Shown here: positions 53,811 through 64,000 of the stretch, one piece after another
How positions within the stretch are numbered: position 1 is the stretch's first letter
How the letters are laid out: every line of letters begins with the position of its first letter
NCBI RefSeq assembly: GCF_964355755.1
Contig: NC_092676.1
Coordinates: forward strand, 687,788-751,787
DNA: 64,000 bases
Direction of reading: 5' to 3'
Origin: Antedon mediterranea
Taxonomy: Eukaryota > Animalia > Echinodermata
Notes under the pieces: generated by a model
Database searches by the model: none
The model's input: only the letters and a program-made list of their open reading frames with translations
Told to the model about the DNA's origin: nothing
Program-made: the position numbers and the translations under genes

Positions 53811-55073
53811 CAGCGGTCATCTTAACAACTCATAACCACCGGATATTCGCCCGATTATGATACCAGCCAGAATAACAAATCTACCAGACGACTGGGTACT
53901 AGTAATTAGGAATTGCTTATAATTAATCATTGATGTGAAAGGCTTTGAATTAAAATTCTTTCATAAACCGGTAAAATGAATATACTGTAGGCCTACTGTA
54001 GTTTATTGCAGCTCCTCGCCATCATAATTCCATATAGGCCTACAGAAGGTATATCCGCATCCGTTACGTCTCGTGTGTATACTATATTGCGTTCTTGGAA
54101 ATGAAATACACCATTGTTTTGTTGAATTTTGAAAAATAATATTTATCATTATGTTTTTATATGTAAAAACTAATTAGATAGATGTGGCAGAGATAAATCT
54201 GTTTAGCTGGCCACCCACAAATCTCTATTACTCTACTAATAATCATTAATTAAACCAATAATAATTAATGCATACATTATATTATTATTATGACAAGAAT
54301 CTACTTAGGTGTGTTACATAAAATACTGTACCAATATTAGCTGTGTAAAATAACGTTTGACTAATAAGGAATTCCATTTTTTAAGAGAGAAAAATTTGAC
54401 TATTGCACATGAAAATAATTATTAAAAGCGTATTGTCCCAAGATTAATAAAATCAGACTTTGGAAATGCCATTGTGTAGTTGTATTAAGTTAATTTGAAT
54501 CACTTCATCAAAAAAAAAAAAATGATTTCACTTTATCATAAAATAACAAAATAATTGGTTAAATAAAAAAGCCATTATTTCAGGCAGAACATTTTTTTTC
54601 AGGTAAATTTGTTTGCGTGTATAACTATTATCTGACATTAAAATGGAATTTAAATAAAGATGTTGTACTAAACATAAAAAAAGAACAAAACCAGCAGATT
54701 TAGACACAGAGTCCAATTTGGAATGATTGGCATAAATAATAAAGATGTATGGTTCCCCTGACAAAAATTGTTTTACATTTTTGTTGTTGAATATGCCATT
54801 TTAATGTTACATAATAGTTATCCACCTTGACCAAAAATTGGATGTAAACAAAATTGATTTACCTGAAAAAAACTGTAATTTAAAGCAAAAAATGGTTAAA
54901 TTGGTTGACAGCCAATGGATTTTTGTTTGAATTCAACCATTTAATGTTTTTTTATAAGTGAAAACATTATTTGTTTTCTTTTTTTTTCAATGGAAGTGAT
55001 TAACAAGTTATTAAAACTACAAAAATATATATATATAACATATCCAAAGACTGATTTAATTAATCTTAATTTT

Positions 55074-56324
55074 TCATGTTTTTTGTGGACAATACATCTT
55101 TAACATATAAATGAAGCAATTTTTGTAAAAGTGACCTATGACTCTACTTCTGTTAACATGATCCATGTTGTTTACATCCTGGTGAGTTGATTGAGAAGTT
55201 TCTAATGTTGTTGTTGGTGTGAGGTAGCTTGGTCCTGCTGTTGGTGTGAGGTAGCTTGGTCCTGCTGTTGGTGTGCGGTAACATGGTCCTGCTGTTGGAC
55301 TAATGGTACAGACTGGTGTACTGCTAGCACTGTTATTGAATTTGTCCGACAGACACAAACTCATACTCCGTTGAACGTAGTGTTTAATACTGGCTTCAGA
55401 TTTGTGCCCAGAAATGGACATGATGTGCCTTGGTGCAAATCCTTCGTTACCCAATGCATGAATCGTTGTAGCCCGCAGGCAACTGTTAGTATATATTTTA
55501 GATGTTCCGGCTTCACGACAAATATTATGCATTTTTGCTCCTAATGTGTTTTTACCCAACGGCATATTATTGTACCATACCACATTATTATCCAAAACAG
55601 TATTTTTAGGCCGCTGCCAAAATGTGTCGTTTGCTGGATCAAGGTGTGAGGTGTACTTGCAGTAGGCAGCTACAGGGCAGTCTGGCAGGCAGGTTTCATA
55701 CATTCTTCCGGAGTCATCTTTAGTCTGAGCAAAGTATACATATCTCTGATTTGTTGAGGAATCAGAAGTCATGGCAAAATCAGTTTTTAAGAAACTACGC
55801 AGATTTCTCCTACTACTAAGACTGTTGTTGCATAAATGAAGCATAAGATCAACAAACACTTTATTTTGGAGTCCCCTCGGCGTGTTCACGTTCAACGCAG
55901 AAGAGGCTTTTATTTTTAAAAAGTCCTCTTTAGAAATTGGGTCTTTCGGTGACCCACATCCTTTCCCAGACAATTTAATTTGCATAAGGACCGTTTGATA
56001 CATCTCATTAGCTTGCTTAAATTGTGAATCATTTACAATGTCAATTGTCTTCACCTTTTTAAAGTGTTTCTGTAGTCCGTAGCGTAGAGTTATCATCGAT
56101 CGTTTAGCATACAATTCACCGTTTGATCTCTTCACCTCGCCGAAGAATGACCGTAGAAACGCGTTGAGCTGGGGTGCTGTGAACTTTTCAATGCACGCAA
56201 CTGACGATCCCTTAGCCTTACAATATTCATTGAGTATATTGACCGAGGAAGTCACAACATGTTTTGTAGACAGAGAGTCCTTTTCGTCTAAGCCTAATTC
56301 TTCTTCATCATTTGAAGCAGCCAT
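55074..56324 (-). CDS. Second Crypton/DUF3504-like tyrosine-recombinase-fold ORF (about 416 aa from the ATG at 56324)
   Basis: FLRSFFGEVKRSNGELY, GLQNKVFVD, CPV, WQRP, WYNNMPLGKNTL, YTNSCLRATT and SGHKSEASIKHY. The first ATG is in an AAAATGG context (the ORF track opens at a GTG at 56432). The 3' end may be spliced. Confidence 0.85.
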   Translation of the reverse strand: MAASNDEEELGLDEKDSLSTKHVVTSSVNILNEYCKAKGSSVACIEKFTAPQLNAFLRSFFGEVKRSNGELYAKRSMITLRYGLQKHFKKVKTIDIVNDSQFKQANEMYQTVLMQIKLSGKGCGSPKDPISKEDFLKIKASSALNVNTPRGLQNKVFVDLMLHLCNNSLSSRRNLRSFLKTDFAMTSDSSTNQRYVYFAQTKDDSGRMYETCLPDCPVAAYCKYTSHLDPANDTFWQRPKNTVLDNNVVWYNNMPLGKNTLGAKMHNICREAGTSKIYTNSCLRATTIHALGNEGFAPRHIMSISGHKSEASIKHYVQRSMSLCLSDKFNNSASSTPVCTISPTAGPCYRTPTAGPSYLTPTAGPSYLTPTTTLETSQSTHQDVNNMDHVNRSRVIGHFYKNCFIYMLKMYCPQKT

Positions 56325-58139
56325 TTTCAAACAGCTTATTCCTGGGCTGTCCACTCCTTTCTCACAATAATCAATTTTAGATCGATCGTCCAGGCCACTT
56401 TCAAGAAAACTCGCGGAAGGGAGACCAGTCACTATTCCAACAAAATTTCCCTAACGGGGAGACTCATATAACGTTTTGGATTCTGACCACCAATCACGTT
56501 CGAGTATTTACACAGGGGGTCGTGAGAAAACTACGGAGTCTATAAAGGGACATGCATAAATAAAAAAATATGTTTTTAAACGCAGTACATGAAATTAATT
56601 GTGTATAAATAATTAATATAAAATATAATTGTATTTTATTGGAATGCAAATGCAGTATGTACTTTTTATAAATACAGTAGTTTAGTTTTAAGAATTACTG
56701 ACTCTTATGAATTTAAAAGGCCCTATTTTCCTGGTCCTGCACCTTAGGCATGGGGGATACCTATTTTTTAATTGGTCAAATAAATAAATGAAATAAATAT
56801 TATTTCGTAGTACAGTATTAAGAATTATGAAGGTAGAGCCTACAGCTGAGTTTTCCCAAAAAGTTTGATAGCTTATCACTTCTGATAAACAAAAACAAAA
56901 TAATACACAAAACACAACAATCTTTTTATAAACAAGTTGAGGTTATTCATTTCGTTTTTACTACCGTACATAAAGAAACTATAGAGTGCAGATAAGAAGA
57001 ACTTAGTCCATTCCTGCCATGCTAGATCAAGATGGCATTTGGAGACATACCTCACATTGCATTATTGTTTTACTGGCACTATCTGGAATGTATAGTTATA
57101 CTGTATAAAGATTGAAAATGTACTGTGTATTAGAATGACAATACAGTATCATTTAAAATACTCTTATCTTATGTACGGGGCGCCGGTCGGAGCACTACTA
57201 ATAATAATATCAATGGCACCCCGTAGCTATGTGCGCAATCTGACATTTTATAAAATATTAACACTTATATTAGTAATATTATTGATAGTAAACAACTGAT
57301 TAATATATAAAATCACACATTTTCAATGTTTGAATAAACTTTTGTCAAAAGCAATAAGGTTGATTAGTATTTAATTGATAAGTTTACTTTTAACTGGATT
57401 TCTATAGAATTAATTTTTTTTTATTTGAATCAACATGATCAATGTTGTGTCACTACCTAATAGACCTTCACTTTCACGACGTGCCATTTGGCAATCATGT
57501 TGAAATGTCCTTATGCACATGCTCAGAAACATACAGCATGCATAGCATGACTATTAGACTCAATAGCTACATAGAGACAAAATTAATAATTTATCGTACT
57601 GGATACAATATTATGTGAAAATTAATATTTAATCTTGGATGGATCTATGAAATACTGTTTTAAACACAGCATACACTTTTAATTTGTCTATAAATGAAAA
57701 ATACACATTTTTAGTAGGTTATTTACAATACAGGAGCACGACACGGATTGAGGTAGTTCCAAATACACAAATAAATGATATACAAACTTAGGTTTCTCCT
57801 ACAAAATATAATGCCAAGTAAAAAGTATTAAGCCACATACAGCAGAGCAGGTCCATCACATCACCGTGTGTGTGTGTGTGCAAGTTCACTGAATATTTCA
57901 GCATTCACAATTTGTTTGTTCAGTGTTTTTAACACAACAACTTTTGAAGATGTTCAAATTCTAATTAATTCATAAATATTTACAACCAAATTCATTAGTT
58001 CTTCAGCATAAAATCACACCACTCATTATCACTAAAATATCATTAAACAAATTCTACAATGTAATATCTATACATCAGTAGTCACCTTGTTACACAAGTA
58101 TAAACATCTGATACATGTTACCAACTAACACTGTGCTCA

Positions 58140-58410
58140 ACCATGATCATACAACTGATGATAACTGTGATCATGTAGTGTTGATACCTGTGATCATGTG
58201 CATTGATAACTGATTTATGTACAGTAGTGTTGGTACCTGATCATGTGTGTTGATAACTGTGATCATGTGTGTTGATAATGGTGATCATGTGTGTTGATAA
58301 CTGTGAGCATGTGTGTTGATAATGGTGATCATGTGTATTGATAATGGTGATCATGTGTATTGATAATGGTGATCATGTGTATTGATAATGGTGATTATGT
58401 GTATTGGTAA
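58140..58410. repeat. 22-bp degenerate minisatellite in the Rel copy 2 3' region
   Basis: Unit approximately GTGATCATGTGTGTTGATAATG. Confidence 0.85.
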
Positions 58411-58469
58411 CAGCAATAATCATGATTGTGCATGATCTTAAAATATCCCGGATTAATATTAAAACTATT

Positions 58470-61400
58470 TTAGCTTTTTTGTTGCAAATGTGCCTTATGT
58501 TTTGATTTCTTATTTGGCACATACGTAAATGAAACGGCCTGACTTCCATCATTATCTGAAGGCCGTACCAACTTAAAATAAACTTGTCTAGGTTCTGTAA
58601 TGTTACCATCTTTGTAAGGAGGAGTCCTGCACACAATAGCAACCTGAAAACAGACAAAAATAGTTATTATTTGACACAGTACCTATAATTATTGTGTCTC
58701 TAATAACTAACATTAAGTAAAAGAATGAAGGAGGAATCAAGTCCCATGACAATGTTCATGCATCTGCAGAATGAATTGCTGTAACTAGTTTCTAGGTCAA
58801 TAACTCCTATCTCAACCACAGACAAGCAGATAAGTCTATAACATGAACACATATTTAGTGGCTTTAGTAGTAGTCTACAAGCACATGCACACACAATAAA
58901 ACAAATAATATACAATTCTGTAACATTAAGAGTAATACCTGACGGTGAATATCCGATGGACTAAAACGAGCGAAATCTGACCAATCAGCATCAAAGAACT
59001 TCACAGCTATATCATCTAATTATTGATTAAAAAAAAAAATTTCAAATATATTTATACAGAAAATTAATTTATTTAATAATTCATTAATAATAAATTATTT
59101 TTTAAACCACTTTCATTCTTTAATTAATATTTTATCTTTCTAGACTAAAATATATTTTACAATACGTAAATAAATGAATAAAGTACAGCTTTTTAATTAT
59201 AGTATAATATTATTTGTATGACTGACTAACTATACAAACCTCTTTGTATCTTGCTACACAGGATAAACACTTTATCTCCGCCACGAGCAAAACCTGTACG
59301 TCGATCAATCTGTATCATTTCCAATGCTGGGTAATCTAGTGAAAACAAAATAATAATGACAATGAAATAAGCTTTAAATGCGAATTAAACTGGAGTATTC
59401 TGCTTTCTACGCAGAAAGCCCACCTTCTGGATTAAACTTGTTGGCCTTGGTTCAAATATTAGCTCTCTCAGCTGAATATTGGGATTTTGCCAAAACGGTT
59501 CCACTAACTAAGGCCTAGATTAAGGCAAGTAAATAAATCTAGGGGAATAACCTGCGATTCGCAGCCTACTGGGCTAATTTGCACACAGGTGTGGACGACA
59601 CATACTAGGGACAATAATAGGGACTTTACAAAATAGGACGTTTAGGGGAGGATGAGGGAGATTCTGTGCTTGCTAGAGCGTAAAATCCTAAACAGATGAT
59701 ATAGCCATTTTATTAGTTACGAACAAATGGTTGTTGAGTAAGACTCACTTTTATCAAATATAGGCTGACTAACAACCGGACTGAGAGGCATGTCCTCACT
59801 GCCCTCCTTAACCATGTACACTTGAAAGCAGAGACACACAACGGTGAGGTCAAACAGTCCGGTGAGTTTCTTTCGGTCAGTAGTCGTCAGTTGAAAGTTT
59901 TTGAAAGGGTCAACACCCTGATTGAGGCGTACCAACAAGGCACTGAAAATCTCTTTCTGTTTTATACGCTGAATGCCAAGATTTTCAAACCTACAATGAT
60001 TGATGAAATAATAAATTCATATCACATTATAAATGCTAATGACTTGTTTTGGTTATTGTAGGATACTATATCTCTTGGACATTCTCTGTTTATGTGTAAA
60101 ACATTTGGTTTTAGGCACTATAAAGCTCTGTCTACACCATCAAATCTATGTGACAAAATATGTGATGTGCCAATATATGGACACAATGATGTCATATCAT
60201 ACCATATTAAAGCATCTCTGCCATACATCACACTTTTTTGTCACATAAAGTTTGATAGTGTAGACAAAGCTTAAGACAACCATTTTTTTTTCATTCATCT
60301 TCATCCATTCATCTTTTTATTTTGGAATATTATGATTACATAATATATCCATAATTAACATTAGATTAGATGACATGAACATAACGACATACTTGATTGG
60401 CTGGTCTACCTTCCGCACAAACTTAACATTAACATTAGATAGATGAAATGAATCTAACATACTTGATTGGCTGGTCTACCTTCTGCACAAACTTAACATT
60501 AACATTAGATAGATGAAATGAATCTAACATACTTGATTGGCTGGTCTACCTTCTGCACAAACTTAACATTAACATTAGATAGATGAAATGAATCTAACAT
60601 ACTTGATTGGCTGGTCTACCTTCTGCACAAACTTAACATTAACATTAGATAGATGAAATGAATCTAACATACTTGATTGGCTGGTCTACCTTCTGCACAA
60701 ACTTCTTACAGATTCCATTTTCACAGTCTTTACCCACAAGGCCATATGGATGTGGAATAGGCTTTGATGTTCCAGTCTCATTTGTAACCAGAGATACAAC
60801 TACTCTTATACTTCCTGTGTAGTTATTGACCTATTGCAAAAGATTGGCAAAGATAATTAACACTATTGTAATAAAATGAACATGGTATATAAGGCATAAT
60901 ACACTGGTCACTTATGGGCTCGAAAAAGATCAACACTATGATCGGAAAAAACAGAGTCCTCAAAACAGATAAATCAAATAATATATATGGACATGATGAT
61001 GTCATAGCACTACCATATTTAAACATATCACTACCCTATTTGGGAACATCACAAACTAGTTTGATAATGTAGACAGAGCTTACGAATTGTAAGTTTAATT
61101 ACTGAGGAGGAAAAGAAAGAGTACACATTTATTTACAAATATGTAATGTAAACACACCCTGATTGTTGGAAAACTTTTATTTTTTGAGATGGACTTTTCT
61201 CCAGAGATGCTTGCAGACCGACCTTCCACTTGGTAGCGGAACCTGAACTCCCTCTGTTTAGGTTGTTCTATTATCTCGGCAAACGGGCCTTCCTGCCGTT
61301 TTGGGCCAAGCCAGTTACCTGTAAAATGAGTTATTTTATGTATTTAGTCACATGTGTGGCATAAAGTCAATACAACTAGAAAGAAGAGCAATTATAACTG

Positions 61401-63837
61401 TTTCAAATAGTTTAACTATGATTATAATCTCTATTCACACTCGGCTAAGAAAAAACCCCATTAAAGTAAACAATTATATCCTATCTACAGTAAGTGAATA
61501 CCACATAAAATAACATCATCAAATATTGTTTAAGTAAAATTCTGTAATTCTAATTTACAAGAAATGTCTCACTTGAAATTGAATATTATTTAAATCTGTA
61601 ATGTTATATTTTAAAAAGTTAAAAAAAAAAAATCCTCACTAAATTCTGATTTGACGGATGATCCAGATGCGGAGCGTGACGATACCATCGAAAGTAATTC
61701 CAAATTTTGGAACGATTCTGAAAATAGAAACAATGTTCAAATAAGTTTAGTACACTCTTTGAAGTAGTAAAAGAAATGCACAATACTAAAACATTAATGT
61801 GTCAATATGATATAACTGTACCACTGCTAGATCCAACTTCACGCTTCAAATTTAACGGTTTCTGCTGTACAGGTGGTTGCTGTACAGATGGTTGGTGTAC
61901 AGATGGTGCCTGGCCAGGTGGCAGTCCATGCGTAACTGCTTGTTGGGCTGGCATATGATGATATGATGGTGTGCTAAGGGCAGGTCGTCCGTGGGCAGAT
62001 TTAGGTGCTTGTACAGAGGGTTTCTGTTTGTTCACATCTATAGAAAAAAAGTTGTACAGTTAATTTATTGTCTTGGGTAAATGGATAACTAAGAAGATAT
62101 ACCTTTTAAATTTTATGTTTGCCTTTTGTTTTTGCCTTTTGAGAATTTAATTTATTTTGTTTTGCCTCATGTCACCGCTGTGTCGGTTTTGTTTTTCTTT
62201 TGCATATTTATACGGAATTAAAAAAAAAAATAAAAAAATATAAACCTGACCTAAAAATAATTAGCTTACCACGACTGGCTTTTAAATTGTGTCCATTTTG
62301 GGCTAAAACACATAAAAAGCAAAATATACTGTACTGTTAGACTTAAACTTCAGGACCACAATGGAAATAAGTTTGCCGTCTTTGTACTTTATTGTGTTTT
62401 TATCCTATGATTTTATGTCAGAATAAAGTAATAAAAATGAAAATAAAACAAAAAAAAGTGGTAAATATATTTGTAAGATTCTCATCAAAGTCTCCTAGCT
62501 TAGCAAACTATTTACAATTGTCATTATCACTATTTAACAGTCTACATGAAAAACAGTGTTTGCAAATAGTAGTGTTATTTATTTCTTGTGTCAGTGACAT
62601 TACCTTTACTAACTGCTATGTCGTCATCATCACTATAATCAGACCAGTCTTCAGATTCTGATGATGCGATCACTAAATCATTTGACCCTTCTGTTTAAAA
62701 TAAATAAAAGTGAAGAATGTCAACTAATGTAATGAATGTAACTAAGCTATCTTTTTGTAAGCATGTACTTTGTTTAAAGGCCAATCATTTCCACAGACAA
62801 GTGGAAGCGGTAATAACAATATACTGTAGAATCTATGTTATTCCTTATGACCATTACACACAACGCTGATACTGTAGATAGAAATTCTACAAGGAACAAG
62901 CTACACGATATTCCGCTTACCTTTACCACTCACATGTGTAAATTGGCCGTTATACTAATATAAACTTTCCTCAGTTTCCACTTTGCCCATTTTCCAATTA
63001 CAGTTTTCTTTACTTACCTACGTATTTGTGATATATTTCTGGCTTTACAAGATGAGACTTATGTTCATCTTCACTAGTTATAGATAGTTCTTCAGAGTCT
63101 GACGACACATGAGATGAACCATTTGGCTTCTCTGTATAAAAAGAAAAACCCTTTAAAATTGTGTTTGTTTTTAAAATTGCTTGCTCATTTATTTTGAAAT
63201 CTAATAAATTTTCTTTTCATTTATTTTTAATGAAAGATAATTTTTTTTTTGGATGAACTCCTTTTTATAAAGAGAGGAAGAAACGATTCATAACATTAAA
63301 TCACATTGCTTACGTTAAAATAGAGAATGAAATTAAAAACAATTACAGCGACTTACCATGGTTCAGCTTTGCCTTCTTTGATAATTTTGAACTTTCAACT
63401 TTACCTACAAAGGTCAAGAAAGGGTCAGAAGATATTTAAGCATGGTTATTATATACTCTAATATTAATATTTGTACCCTAATGCATTGTTCTCATAAACA
63501 ATGTGCCCTAAGGATTTCAAACCATGTGATTGATTAGCTACTTATGTATTTAGGAATTTGCCTAGATACAGCACAAAACCAATCTTACGTTTTAATGATG
63601 TCTTTACCATCTGCTTGAATTTCATGCTTTCATTTGTTTTATTACTTGCAACTTCTGAAAAAAAAATATGTGTAAATAAACGTTAATAAGACAATTCTGC
63701 TATGACAAAATGCATAAATACTAATCCAAAATAATTTGTATTTCCATCATTAAAACTAAGCGATCTAAATTTACCTTTTTTCTGAGTTTCCAATAACTTC
63801 CTGAATGTTAGACTTTTATTAGCTGGATTTGAAGATT
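58470..63837 (-). CDS. Rel homology domain protein, copy 2 (3' portion; 5' end beyond the window)
   Basis: In-phase exons 63775-63837, 63589-63654, 63357-63404, 63018-63131, 62604-62690, 61822-62037, 61640-61717, 61158-61318 ([27 protein letters not shown]), 60673-60830, 59749-59990, 59240-59335, 58939-59015 and 58470-58643. RHD intron positions match copy 1. Confidence 0.9.
60122..60273. mobile_element. MITE-like element copy (intron of Rel copy 2)
   Basis: AAAGCTCTGTCTACACCATCAAA ... TTTGATAGTGTAGACAAAGCTT. Confidence 0.7.
60355..60704. repeat. 70-bp tandem repeat, 5 copies, containing a Rel copy 2 exon end and donor
   Basis: ACTTGATTGG recurs at 60391, 60461, 60531, 60601 and 60671. Confidence 0.92.
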
Positions 63838-64000
63838 CTGGAAAATTTAAATTTCAGTTTTAACCAAAAAATTATTGCAATTTGATAATTGAATAACTCC
63901 TTCAAAGTAGCTTTGCATCAGGGAGCTAGGTTAATGAATCAGATGTTTTCCCTACTCTGATGTGATTGTACTTTATGCAAAGTAAATTTAAGAAAACAAC

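Noticed and set aside
52070-56432. Phage or bacterial integrase, contamination or recent horizontal transfer
   Set aside because: The motifs fit the eukaryotic Crypton/DUF3504 type, catalytic residues are degenerate, one ORF ends in a spliceosomal donor, and there are no prokaryotic neighbours.
58373-58657. 94-aa ORF with a signal-peptide-like start
   Set aside because: It is an alternative frame of the last Rel copy 2 exon; the conserved frame is [10 protein letters not shown]...QQKS*.

Overview
AT-rich animal genomic DNA with spliceosomal GT-AG introns; all genes lie on the minus strand. A marine invertebrate origin is an inference only. (1) About 39 kb holds the 5' part of a multi-exon VPS13A/C-like lipid-transfer gene (ATG at 39461, running off the left edge). 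Its introns contain an intact endonuclease+RT LINE ORF, SINE/MITE copies and many minisatellites. (2) A three-exon stefin (type-1 cystatin) gene has a tandemly duplicated last exon. (3) An unusual immune-type cluster at 46-64 kb has two tandem Rel-homology-domain (NF-kB/Rel-like) genes and two Crypton/DUF3504-like tyrosine-recombinase-fold ORFs. By hand, the proximal gene splices in frame over 16 exons into a protein of about 1163 aa: degenerate recombinase fold, tandem DED-like domains, a Q/P-rich linker, an RHD with a disrupted DNA-recognition loop, and an IPT domain, with no C-terminal transactivation or ankyrin region. That gene carries an intronic array of kB-consensus sites and a duplicated E-box+kB module upstream. 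All gene models were read manually and lack transcript support.
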